This document shows positions 1-13,180 of a DNA stretch of 64,000 nt, piece by piece. The stretch is taken from the NCBI RefSeq assembly GCF_006345805.1, contig NC_043019.1, forward strand, positions 17,173,360 to 17,237,359, read 5' to 3'. The notes under the pieces were generated by a model. That model was given only the letters and a program-made list of their open reading frames with translations. It had not been told where the DNA came from and searched no databases. Each line of letters opens with the position of its first letter. Position 1 is the stretch's first letter. The stretch comes from Octopus sinensis. Taxonomy: Eukaryota. A program made the translations under genes and the position numbers.

Positions 1-739
1 TCAGGTACATAAATCTTCAAGACTACCACCATCATCATCATCATCATCAAGGTTAACATGATGTAAGGTAGGTCTGGAGAGATTGTAAAAATGTTAAAAC
101 TTTAGATGTGTGCTGTACAGGAGAGGGGGGTGGGGGTCTCCAGCCAGGTACCCCATGAACAGAGAGCATAGGTGCTGGGGTGAGTAGGTAGGCATGTTAT
201 TGGCAGAGAAATAGCTAGATAAATAAGTCAAGGGGCCAGGGTATATGACAGTGACCGCTTCATAAACATCAGTATCAAGACGGACACTTCAGCAAAAGGA
301 TTGTTTCTATGAAAATGCTTTGCAGAAGACCGTAATAACAAACGAGAGTGACACCATTATCATGGCCCGTGGTTTTAATGGCTACTTTAATGGTACAAGG
401 AATAAAGAGGAATCTAAGGTCTTGGGGGTTCTGTTACAGAAATGGGCTAAACATTTGCAACACTAACTTCAAGAAGCCAGCCAGCCAGCCAACTGACCAT
501 TAACAAATCAAGTAAACATGTAAACCAAATAGACTTTATATATATATACCAGGAAACAGGATAAACTGACAGTTGGCTGTGACCTGCTAAGTCTCTCTCA
601 CTGGTGAAGAAAGAACCAACCAACATAGATTACAGTGATTAGTGACACCAAAGTAAAGAGTCAGAGAGACTCAGAGATACAAATCAATCCAGAGAAGTAA
701 GGTACATAAGTGAAAAGATGTCTTGATAGAGGTTGGTTC

Positions 740-1830
740 AAAGAAGTGCTACACGAGCCACATCAAAAGAAGGTAGAAGAGATAAAGACAACTGGGAGTT
801 AGTATGAAGCAACAGATTACGAACCACATCAGTGGATGGAGAAAGATTCCAGCCAGATAAAAGGTAGCATAGGGGTGGCTTGGTACAGTTGATAGAGCTA
901 TAAATGTTGAGAGACAGGCCAGGAAAACTGGAAGAAAGATTGGAGCAAGGAACATTATCAGGTAACAAGTAGAGAAGCCGAAAAAGATTTGTCAATGTCC
1001 TGTGACAAAAGGATCAGAGACAGAAACTGCAGCAGATGGATCCTAAATAAGGATCATCTGATGAAGTCAACAGGTAAAAAAGTGAGGGCAGTAAAAGCAG
1101 TTGAAACATCAGAGATAACCATTGAGATACTGAAAGTATATCTGGCAAGGTCATTTAGCAAAGACAAATAAGTTGTGAGAGCTCTTTGCAAGTCATGTAA
1201 GAGATGCTGTGAGCACAGTGGAAGTTAGCAAGGAATTCAACATGCAGGTAGGTTTCCATCAAGAGACTCATTTCTCAACTCCTGTTTATTACAGTACTTC
1301 AAGCCATAACAGAATAGTTTAAGATCAGGTGCCTGTGGGATCTTCAGTATGCTGATAACTAGTTCTTGTAGGTGAATTTGTCAAAAATTTACAGAAGAAA
1401 TTCCAAAATGTAGAAGCAAAAGGTCAGAAATTAAGCCTAGGAAAAAAAATAAAAGTTTTAGTAAGAAAGAAGAGAGGATACAAGAGCTGTGTGGGAAGCA
1501 GCCAAGTTGAATACAGGTAAAAGAAATAGGTAAGAATACTATCTGGTGTACACAATATAAACTGTGAATGTGACAGGTGTAGTGGAATCGTAAGTAATTT
1601 AAGAGAGAGCAAGGACTTTGGAGTAATGAACAGTAACAGCATCACATTAAATGTATAATGGCAGTGTAAGTGTATGATGGAAGATGAAGGAACTGAGAGA
1701 AGAGAGAAACTAGGTTTTAAGAGGGATTTGTTGTAGTAAGAACAGATGAGACTGCACTGGTATGGATATGTGGATCATATGGAGGATGAGAATTGAGTAA
1801 AGAAGTGTCAAGTAATCTATATGGAAGGAT
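740..1830 (+). mobile_element. Degenerate RTE-clade LINE (RT and C-terminus)
   Basis: VLQAITE*FKIRCLWDLQYADN (YADD-like) near 1290-1360 and RLHWYGYVDHMED near 1750; many stops. Confidence 0.8.
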
Positions 1831-3559
1831 TGATATAATAGTCAATGACACCAACCAGAGTACTTGACTGGTACTTTCTATCGACCCTGGAAGAAGAAGG
1901 GCAAATCTGACCTAGGTAGGATTTGAACTCTGAAACTAAAGAGCCACAACAAGGTGTTGTGCCTGATGCTTTAAGAATTCTACCAACGCACTACCTTCCA
2001 AGTTTCTAAAAGTATCTTCTCTGACCAAACCAACAGGCTTTCCTGACTAGATAACACAAATATACATTCATATTGGCTAGGAGTTTGATCTTTCTATGCC
2101 TGTGTATCATTTATTACTTGTAAATCTCTTCACTAGATTTAAACATGTTCAATTTAAAATCAATAGCATCCAAGATCCACTGTGCCAGTTCAATACTCCT
2201 AATTTCATTTGACTTCTAGTCTAAAATATCTACATTTGCTTCACCATAGCACTGAGATAGTGAACTTAGCAGAGTTCCTTCAAAACTTAACTTTAAGCAT
2301 AAAATCAATTTCTTAGCAATGTGTCTCATCAGAAGTGCCTGACTTTTGTAGCCAGGAACATTTCACAAACACATGTACTGCATCATCAAATTTAGGGACC
2401 ATTCAGCTTCAGAGTAGGCTTGCTCTGTGTCTACCATGCTGTAACATGAAAAGAAACTAGGGGGAATTTTGCAGAGTGTTCTAGCTTCATATAAACACAT
2501 TTTCGAATGTAGCAACTACACAAGAATATCATCACATTGCTGAAATATTCCAATATCAGTGTCTGCTTCACAGATGGTATTATCATAACCTGAAATACAT
2601 ACATACACACACATATATATATGAAATATAACCAGTGTCACAATAAACTCTGACTGATCGGGAGACTACCTACTCAATACGCTTGTTTGATCTGCTATAA
2701 ACAGCAGCCAAATATCCTTCAAATCAGACCCTACAGTTGAAGGACATATTGGATAATGTAGTCCAGGATACACAAAACCTGAAAAAAAACCAGACAGGAT
2801 GTTGGGCTGGCATGCCTTTGATCATAGGTCTGCTCAATCAGGACTTACCTGGGGCTAAATATGTCTTAAAAACAGAGACATATTGAATAATATAATCCTA
2901 GATACACTATGCCTGAAAAAAAAAAGGTGATGGATGGTGAGGGCTGAAATGCCACTGATCATAAATCTGCAGAATCGTGACTGGCTTGAGACTAAACAAC
3001 AACAACAACAACAACAACCACTGATAATTAGCAAAGTCAGGTGAATGATGAGAAAAATAAAAAAATAACAATGACAAAAGAATCAGGTTTAGTTTTAAAA
3101 ATGAAGGAATTGAATCACAAAGTAATGCAGTTCTAAAGATGACAGCAGTGACTGAGAAAAAGAAATTTTCAACAGAGAAACAAAATAGAAGAGCGAGGTG
3201 GCAGGTGAATGTTACCTGTAGATTTTGATAAGAATGAAAATAGACACAAGAGATAGGACAAAACAAGATCAGATATAAAATGGTATGGATTCAAACACTT
3301 TGCAAAAGTTCCATACCAATGATTTGACAGATGATAACTGACTCAGTAGAAACGGGGGGGCGGGGGACAAACCATAATAATGGATAGGAAAACAGCCAAT
3401 TGCAAAAATATCAAAATGCAAAAATCATCCATCTTCACATTCTTCGTTACAGCTTCCAGGAAATTTAGGATTTGGTTCTTAAGTTACAGTTTATACGTTC
3501 TAAATAACCAATATACCTCAACACATTTGTACTCAGTCGTTCATATACACTGATATTGC

Positions 3560-3775
3560 ATTTATGGTGGAGCAGAGGAATGAGATGCTGAAGAGAGAAG
3601 ACAGGATGGGGATGGACAAGTGATGCGTAATCTAATAAGAAGTACAAATCACTGATGTGGATGGAACCTGTGAAAGAGGGAGAGAACCAGGAAGATGTGG
3701 GAGGAAGAAGTAAAGGCCAATCTGAGGATGTTGAGCCTCATAGACCAGCTGACAAGACCTGTTCATCACACCAAA
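3560..3775 (+). mobile_element. RTE LINE 3' fragment
   Basis: Decayed ...VDGTCERG/PGRxWEEEVKANLRMLSL, resembling the RTE GRPRKTW tail. Confidence 0.65.
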
Positions 3776-4949
3776 ACTGAGCTTCTAAAAGCATTTTGCA
3801 TTACACACAACTGGGCCCCACATCCAACTGTCAAACCTTTCTCACCTTCTCATTCCTCCACCTACTGCATTATTCTGCTGGTGTAATTCAACAGAAGCTG
3901 AACTACATAGTTCACCCCCGTTTTTTTATACCACTAGTTATCTCTTCCCAGAACCACTTCCTTTTAACATCTACTTTCAGTCATATTTGCCACTGATCAC
4001 CCTTTCCCTCTTACCACCTTCCCTCCCACTCTGACCAACGACATCTCATTTCTACTATTGATCACCTCCACCTCCACCTTCACAATATTCACCCATATCC
4101 ACTCCTATTACTACATGCCCCTCGTTCTTACAACCTTTACTAACCCACCCCCACTTGCCATACCTATCTCTCATCCTTATCCTATCTACAGTTATATTAT
4201 TATCATTATTCTGCTGCCCTTCATCACCTCTGTATCACCCACCCTTTATTTTTATCATTTTCACTTGTGCCAGCATCGAAGACAGACATTAAATTTATGA
4301 TGATAATGATGATGCTATATATTGTTGAAGCAAGTTTCCTAACAAGTGTCAGCCACAGCTTCATTTAAAATACAGTTCTTCTTATTTTGCATTTATACTT
4401 AAAAATCAATTCTTTTCCTTTCTCTTAATTACCAATGAATAAAAACTATGTTCCTGTGTATTTAAGTCCACAGTTTCCTAAGTTATGACTCCCCAATGGT
4501 CAACATGGTTTCACTTAGCATAGACTGAACTTCATTCTTTTCTTCCAGCATATTAACCTAACGACTGGTGCCACATTGAAAGCACCCAGTACACTCTGTA
4601 AAGTGGTTGGTATTAAGAAGGGCATCCAGATGGAGAAACTATGCCAAAACAGACAAAACAATGCCCAGGCTGCTTTTTAGCTCCTATCAAACTGTCCAAC
4701 CCTTGCCAGCATGGAGAACAGACATTAAATGATGAGGAGGAGGAAGATGACCATACTTTTCCTTTTGATTTGTGGTCAGTGTGGTCACTCTCCTCTTCTA
4801 CATATTCATTTTATACTCATCTGAGTTTTCAACCCCGTCTTTTGAACAAGCAACAGCGTCACTAACTTCTGCCTTATTATATATTTCATCCTCTCTTTCT
4901 TCTTGATCCAGGACTTCACTTTTCTCATTAGATAAATTTCAATACACAA

Positions 4950-6900
4950 TATCAACCTTCCACACAGGTTCCAGGTTCTCTAATCACAACTTCCTTATTT
5001 GACTCATTTTGTCCTTGTGCACCTTGCAGAAAGTGTCCCCATACCAAATTGATATCAACTGACCTTCTCTACTAGGACTCTACCATTATTTGAAGTTTTA
5101 TTTTTATATAATTTATCTGTCGCTAGAAACAAAACTTTCATGCCCTCCTACCTCAGCTTTTTTCAAACTCTTTCATGTTGTGCAGAGAATGTTAAAATTT
5201 ATTCCAACCTTGTCACTTACTCCAGAGCAGGTATATGATCAATCACGACGGAATGAAATGCATGTCCCTTCACGCAAGGTATAATGAATATGTGATTCTG
5301 GAATACATTTTTCACCCTAATAGACTGTCAGCGCCATCTCCAACTTCTCATGATTTCTATATTGCTTCTGATGCTATCAAGTTGTGACATTCCACAGAGC
5401 TATTACTAGCTAAATAGGCTTTCTGTAGTAGTAATATGGGTTTCCAATACTCGGTCTATCCTTCATCTGTCTAGACTAATTATTATTAAAATTATTCTCA
5501 GTGTCACTTAAGGCAACCATGAGTCCCAAAATATGATGCCCGTATCAAAACTATATTCATCATGAACCTTTTCATATTGTTTGTTTGAGATAATCTTCCA
5601 ATATTTTGTGGCTTTAATAGGAGTATTACGCTTTTTCAAATCAAGACAAACTTTGACATCAACCTTATTACTAAGAATCAACCCCAACCACTGGGTCCTG
5701 TGGAGGCCTTTTGAATTAGTAATAAATCTGACAAGAGTCACAGATGTTTTCAATGAGTTCAAGGAATTCACCATTTAGAAATTGGTGTTCCACTCTTTCA
5801 AAGAAAAGCAACCAGAATCTACTTTGAAGCATCATCAATTTGGCAGTGGAATTTTTTTTTCTCTCGACCTTTTCCCCCCTTCTTAGCTCTGGAGCATTGT
5901 GTGTCAGTGTGCCCACATTGAAGACAATGGAATATTGCAATGTCAGTTGGAAGGAAGGGAAAGTAGCAGAAGACATAATTTTCCGTTTTGCAGATTTACC
6001 TCACAGCCATGATCATTTTAAAGTCTAGCACCATTCCATTAGTTTTTCACTTGATTCATGGCTTAAGAACAGAGGCTGCTTTGATATAAATTCTGACGGC
6101 TATCTTGACCACTTTATTACTATTTCATTACCAAAACTGAAACTACAGACATTCCCTATCAATCTTGACCAGTTTCTGAAGAAAAACTGCTAATCAGAGT
6201 TTGCCAGCAACTGTACATGAACAGGCAGAGTCTAATACTGCCATAACAACCCCCCCTCTCTCTCTTACCAGAGTAGACATTTGCCAGAGCGATTCATCAT
6301 AATATCTTCAGTTATAAACAGTCTTTGATAAAATGGTTTAACATTCTGAGCACACAGAATTAATAGCCTTTTTTTATGTCAGTTTGTGGCAAAATGCTAA
6401 GTGTACACACACTTATAACACTGCATGATTTTTACCTTCACTATCTCTTAAGATTTGGTTTACCTCCATAATAACATCAATAATTGCCTCTGTAAAATCA
6501 TTTACCTCCTCTCTTGGACAAGTAGAAGTGAGTTTACAGTCACTGGTTCAGATTTCACAAATGGTATTATATACACCCGCGTTTGATGAAGTTTTTCTAG
6601 ATACCTTCTTAATGGTATCCTTAGATTACTACAAGTAATATGTACCAATTTTTTCTTTGAAATGTTGACATTTAGTACAAAAAAAAAAGTCTTGAACACT
6701 TCCAGTTAAACAATTCCAGATTCCAATAAATTTTGATGGAGAAATTGATAACAAAAAAGTTATTGATACTAGTATCTGAAGGTCTTTTTGTTGGGATTCC
6801 TGAAAAATCATGGCAGTTCTCATATTTTCATCATGAAGGTAAATTTTATTAAGCTTATGTTATAACTTTGAGACTGGTACCTATAGCAATATCTGCATGT
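4950..6900 (-). mobile_element. Degenerate copia-like LTR retrotransposon (gag, protease, integrase)
   Basis: In order on the minus strand: knuckle-like QCYKC...HFA; protease AVLDSACSCTVAGK; FSFGN and GMVLDFK; integrase CDSCQI..KRPPQDPVVG...VCLDLK; SNSSVECHN. Integrase directly after protease is the copia order. No LTRs seen. Confidence 0.72.
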
Positions 6901-8077
6901 GCTAGGCTACCGATACCTGAGTATGCTAGAAAGTACTGATAAGAACAGAGGAGGATCTTGTTTCGTTTTTAGCAAAACTGTTTAAAGAACCCAAATATCT
7001 AAATCTTGTAACTATTCTGCATAGCCAGAGGCTGTGGTTGCTTCCTAAAATTCCCCTTCAAATCCAAATCCCACTACAATAACTGTACAAGAAAAGAATA
7101 CTTCTTGTCATGTATCGTACTCAACCGTGTGTTCTACTACCAATGTGAAGTATTCAATCGATTAGTTAGTCAGATATTTAACTGATTCCCTAATAATAAA
7201 GGAGCGGAATTGAACCAGTGCATGTGTGAATAATATAAACATAATGACTCTCCCTAGACACAACAAGATCTCGCTAAACTTAGCCATGTTAAGAGGCTTC
7301 TTGTGTTAACTACCACCTTAGGTCTTCTGTGTAAACAAAGAGAAGATAACTCAAACACCAACAGCTGGACTTATCTGTTAGCAACACAATTACAAAGTAA
7401 ACAGATTTTATCAAACCAGTAAACAAAATCCCAAACGAACCCAGTGTGTATTGACATAAAACATGTACCATGTAGATGACACATGTGACCCACTCCATGT
7501 TGTTCAGATATTAAAGTTCACTTCAACTGCCTCAAGTATTGATACACAACTCTGTTTTCATTATTTTTTGAAGTCTACAATCCTGGGGGGCATGACTTCA
7601 GCTCGCTTTTGCTCCCTGAGTCAACACTACACATCCGCTGAAGCATGCTCACCTCATTTGACTCTTATCTCTGCACACCCCCATGTTCAATGCAATGTTT
7701 TGGTACTTTATGGCATCACATCACTTCATTACAGCACTCCCATTACTAATTAAATCACCTCAAAAACAGAACCCATCAAACACATTAATGAGTTCAAGGA
7801 CTTCATAATTGCTTCTAATTATTCCTCTGTATTTATTATATTTAAAGTTAATGACTAATACTACTAACCTATCACAGATCCGACTGTATTGTTATATACA
7901 AACATTGCTGCAGCTGCTGCCACAGAGTAGGCCATATTAAGTTCCTAATTCTTACTAATTCACTTCCTACATACCAAGCAGGATCAGTTTTCAAATTGTT
8001 CCAGGATTTTATATCCACTTATCAACATTTCGGTCGTTATTCTAACTTTTAAGTCTTAATTCTCTCTTTTTTTTTTT

Positions 8078-8432
8078 TTTACTCTTTACTTGTTTCAGTC
8101 ATTTGACTGTAGCCATGCTGGAGCACCACATTTAGTCGAACGAATTGACCCCAGGTCTTATTCTTTGTAAGCCTAGTACTTATTCTATCGGTCTCTTTAC
8201 GGGGACGTAAACACACCAGTATTGGTTGTCAAGCAATGGTGGGAGGACAAAGACACGTACACACACACACACATATATGACGGGCTTCTTTCAGTTTCCA
8301 TCAACCAAATCCACTCAGAAGGCTTTGGTCGGCCTGAGGCTATAGCAGAAGACACCTGCTCATGTTGCCACATAGCGGAACTGAACTTGGAACCATGTGG
8401 TTGGGGAGCAAGCTTCTTACCACACAGCCACG
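8078..8432 (-). mobile_element. SINE family A (octopus tRNA-related SINE with central (TA/CA)n)
   Basis: Same consensus as copies at 22489, 24522, 42608, 46888, 56116 and 61149. Confidence 0.9.
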
Positions 8433-9888
8433 CCTTGCTAAAGGCTCTCAAGGATCAAGTGGGCTTTTAAGTTTACCACCTAAGAACACAAAGAGTCCAA
8501 ACAAACACCACAAGGCATTCTGCTAGACACAAACAATTCCATAAACCCACTGTCCTGGACTGTTACTTTATTAATCCCTGAAAAACAAAGCTGACTTTAA
8601 AAGGATTTGATCTCAGGGTGCAGTGAGCCAGAACAAATATTGCAACTTCCCTCTTCATCATCATTAATGTCCATTGATACAATACTACATGGATTGGATG
8701 GGTCTAACATACAGCACTCCTCATCATCATTCTTTCATCCATCACCCTAAGAGATGATCCCACTAATTCTCCTACCATCCTCGCCTTCCACTTGGGACAC
8801 ACAGCCATTCCATCACCACCACCACCACCCCCCATACCAACAGTCATTTCCAGTATTCAATACTTAATACCTCTAATGCCCAGTGGTTCAATATCTGTCC
8901 ACCTGCCTGCTTGCCACCACAAATTAGCAATTTATGGCCAACAGGTCATACTCTATGTATTTCTCCTTCACAATCTACAGACTCTCCACATTCAGGTTAC
9001 ATTATTATGTTTCTTACACACACACACACACACACACACAAAGTGAAACTTTATCGGAGCATCTTCACTGTTCTATCTCTGTATTAGCTCCTTTCAATAC
9101 AAAGACCCTTATTATTGATTATGCTATCTAGATAACATCCAGCAAGCTGTCGCCCGACCAAGCCAAGGGGCTTCTACTGGTGACTCCTGAATACCGCTAA
9201 CGCATCTGAATTACTCTCCAAGAGATTCTACTTTTGTGCATCTTCTGCTAAGTGCACACTATCAAATTCATATACATTTATCAACATCATCACCACCACC
9301 ACCACCACACCACCACCACCACCATCATCATTATCATCATCATTTAAGGTCTGTTTTCCATATTGGTAAAGTAATGGCTTATCATTTAACATACAACCCT
9401 AGTCACAGAAAAAGATCTTCTTCTACGTTTACATTCCAACATTATGCTCAATTTATGTCCCAATTTATAAATATAATCATGTCATTAGGATATATGTAAG
9501 CAAAAAGTCAGCTTTATGATTGGTGCTTTATTAGAAATGATTACATTGCCACTTGAAATAGATTTACTCATTAAAACTGTAAATTAATAAGGAGATATGA
9601 AGGAAATTTCAAAAACAATAACAAATGCAATTCCATCAAGATAACTTCCTCAAAACTAGACATAATTTCTGAGATTATAATTCTTAATAACAATAATAAT
9701 AATATTAATAATACCGTTTTCAATGACAATAATATTAACTGATTTTTTTTATTACAACACTATGTAAATGGTAAATAATATTCGACTGAGCTATTTTATG
9801 AAATATCAAATCCCTATTTTGTAGAACAATATTCCTCTTGCTGCTTTGGGTCTCGCATATTTTACTAGCTGACCCCACCAACAATTAG

Positions 9889-10314
9889 CAAGTCATCGTC
9901 AACTTACGACTGATCAACTTTACAAGGATTGGTGCACCAGCTCCTGGCAGCAATAATAAATAGACCATTTGAAATCAAATGGGTTCAATTTCTTTGAAAT
10001 TAACCCATCTACGGATGATGTCAGCTAACAAACGCTTCCCCAAGGTTTGGTTATTAATAGCCACTGTGTTGGAAGACTGTCCTCTTGTGGAGACATCGAG
10101 GCAACTTCGTATTTGTTTATAAGACAACTGCTTGAGACTCTGAAATTTTTAACTAACGTCAGTATAATAGTATAATACAGAATGTTGTGTGTGATTTTTA
10201 CCTGAGGATGTACCTTAAGAATGTGAAAATATAAAACAAATCTATGTAGGCCTATAGGCCAACTTATGAATAGTCAGTCTGAACCAACTGTGGTTGTAAG
10301 TTGACGACGACCTG
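9889..10314. mobile_element. Tigger/pogo-like non-autonomous DNA transposon
   Basis: Imperfect ~23-bp TIRs CAAGTCATCGTCAACTTACGACT and GGTTGTAAGTTGACGACGACCTG, with TA at the right flank; resembles Tigger CAGG..CGACTTACGAC termini. Confidence 0.75.
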
Positions 10315-10972
10315 TATTTGGCACTTAACTATTATCAACCAGTTACCCCACTTCCCTCAAAATAAGAGGACCTAAAATGACTTGGCTACATTCCCACTTT
10401 CATAGACTAACAAAGAAAAAAAAGTTCAAAGTAAACTATGTTTCTTTTAAATGTAACAACTACAATAGTAACCACCATCATATCTTTTGGTTAAGCACAA
10501 ATGTAAACTTGATTCCACTCTTGGAGACTTAGTCTATTGGACTAGAAAAATGAAAGGCATGCTACCATTATTAGTAGCATGTTTTTCGTGTTACTCTAAA
10601 ATAGATTTTTGAACATCTTCCTGCAAACTGATCGAATGCAAAGAAAGATTAGAACCTGTTGCCCATGAGGCAAGACTTAGACGTACTTCCCTGAGTGACT
10701 GAAAATAAGTTTCAAACATCAGTGAAATATTCAATTGTTCTCTTTGCTGATCATTCAATAAAACAGCTAACAACAATGGGGACAAATGAATTTCCCACTC
10801 ATCAAATTTATACACCATTCAACCACATAATATCTCCAATCTTCACAACATATAACACTATCAAGTTCCCATTACCAGACCAGATATAAAAGTGCTTAAC
10901 GGCTTCAGCAATACATAATCACACCCTGGTTTCAGTAGCACCCATTAAATAAATCCAACAATATAATATTAA

Positions 10973-11193
10973 CCCTTTCGTTACCAACCCGGCTGAAACC
11001 GCCTCTGGCTCTTTAGTACAAATGTCTTGGTACCATAAGTTTTGAATTAAAATCTTCCACCAAACCTTAGTCGCAATTTATGTTCCTAAAACTAGCTGAA
11101 TGATAACTAAGTTATTTTACTAAATTCTTTGATATATTTAAAATAATTGAAAGAAACAAAGAGCATCTCACAATAAATACAGTAACAAAAGGG
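10973..11193. mobile_element. piggyBac-type MITE, family 1
   Basis: TTAA|CCCTTT...AAAGGG|TTAA; a second copy is at 59894-60114. Confidence 0.92.
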
Positions 11194-12470
11194 TTAAAGA
11201 ACAAACTTCACTCTACACAAAAAATGGCATTGCTTTACGGACACTGTCAGGTTTTCCACCAAGAACTACAGCACTTTGTTACGAATAATAAGCTTTAAAA
11301 CAACACTGTCTGGTTCATGTCAAGCCATACACAAATACTGATAACCCAACACTAAACAAAGTAAGTAAAAATCCCCTAAACACGCATGTTACAACTTAGT
11401 GACCATCTGCTAGAAACATATCGGTCACCTGCCTAATTGCCCACAATGACATAGAATTAACCAGCATCAGAACAGTCCTAGAACTTCTGCTTAACCCAAG
11501 GGGATACACAACACATAATTACGAAAATATGCAACATCAATTGTATCACCTTAATTAAATACTGGTTTGATAAGCCTTCTTTAAAAAAACTTTCAGATCA
11601 AAGCTACCGTGCAATGCCCAAGCACAGTTAGCTTGTTTCAGTTGTTGTCATTACCAAACACACAGACATAACAAAATAATTTGGTCAACTAAACTTATTC
11701 AGCTTCACAAAGAGAACGCCAAAAACCCAACTCCATTACATAATATTCCGTGACACACAGCAACACTGAAGTATGACTTATTCTCATATGCTACAGATCA
11801 CTCTGAAATGCTCACCTCTGTACCATATTATAATACATCTGCACTGCCCAAACACACTGGGATAATTCAATAAATTGCAAAAGCAATTTACAAACCAAGC
11901 AAATACAAAAAAACAAGTATACAGCACTTTTCTAATGATTGAATCATTAATTAAATGGAATCAATAGCTCTCCAAAATGAATCGATTCAACTCCTGACAT
12001 GGAAAAATAACTTTTGTTTCCAAAAAGAAAAAAAAAAAAATCATTAAAATGGGATAAGACAAACATACAGAAAATAAACTGTAAGGATAACATTGTGGCC
12101 CATTGGTTGTGGTACTAATTTTGAAAGGACTGAGAAAGATGTTTAGTGTTTCACTATAGTTTGAACTGCATATAGCTGCCTGCCATATGGAATATCAAGT
12201 AATAAGTCCTGAATCCATGACTCAAGTTTTAGGTCAATGATATCAAGAAGTGGCACACACAAAAATATTTTTTCAAAGTTTTTTGAAAAATCATTTTTTT
12301 TTCAATTGAAAGAAATAAAAAGTTTGTTAGTTGTAAACACTGGAAGCTTATTGAAATTATTATTATTATAATTATCATTATCATTATTATTATGAATAGA
12401 TATGAAAGTTGTGTAAATAATATTGGAAAATATAATTCTGAGAATGGGTTGGGGTTAGAAGAACCAATAC

Positions 12471-12596
12471 CAAGGACAGCATGAAATTATTTCTATCAGG
12501 AGTTTTGCTTACCAGAGCTTGGTGAATACTCATTAAATGGTATTTGAGTGAAGGAGCACTGACAAGTGTAGCTTCACATCTTGGACACTTGAGGTT
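12471..12596 (-). CDS. C2H2 zinc-finger exon, ZNF512/ZNF512B-like
   Basis: ttttttcag acceptor, phase 0 entry matching the preceding exon, GTATTG donor. NLKCPRCEATLVSAPSLKYHLMSIH is C-x2-C-x12-H-x4-H; KYHxMxxH resembles my recall of ZNF512 (SLAGMKYHVMANH). Exon secure, family call moderate. Confidence 0.8.
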
Positions 12597-13180
12597 CTGA
12601 AAAAAATGTAAATAAAAAAGGACAACCAAGTTCAATTAGCAACTATTATAATGCTGCAAGGACTTGAAGAGGATTTGGTTTAGCTTGGTTTAGCTCGGGA
12701 ACAGTTTATGTTTTATTAGGAAGTTATCACTAACTCTGGGCATGTCCGCAGTCATCAGCTTTAAAATGTAATTGATTATTAGTTGAGCACATCAAATCTA
12801 GGACAATAGTAGTAGTGGGATTGTTTGGGGTACCACAAAATACACAAGAGTCATGTATTCAGTTCCTCTGCCAGCAGCTGGAACTTTGAAATTAGGCAAT
12901 CAGGAAATATGTCCACTCTGCCAATTATATTTTGTTTCATGCTTTCCTTTAAGGAATTGAATTTAAAAGAAAAGAAAAGAAAATACCTAATTTCTGGTAG
13001 GAAATATAACTATTTAGCATTTTAATTGAAATAAAGTTTAGCAAAGCAGGGGAGCCACTTCATAATAAACTTTTAATAAATGGTGTACCACAATAGGAAA
13101 TCCATACAAAAGGCTTTGAAAAAAAAAAAAAATCAACAACAACAAAGCTGAAAAGGAAAAGAAAAGTGAAAGTGACTTAC

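Noticed and set aside
5500-5980. RTE endonuclease interpretation
   Set aside because: Other frames give clearer integrase zinc-finger and core motifs continuous with an upstream protease, so it was reassigned to the copia-like element.
6506-6628. Open 123-nt exon candidate for gene 2
   Set aside because: It lies within the gag region of the copia-like remnant and shows no ZNF512-like sequence.
9908-10139. Exon-like AG...GTAAGT segment on the minus strand
   Set aside because: It has stops in all three frames, and the donor is part of the TIR of a Tigger-like element.
10591-10818. 75-aa ORF and an out-of-frame GKFICPHC as the next zinc-finger exon
   Set aside because: There is no credible acceptor, and the finger-like frame stops immediately.
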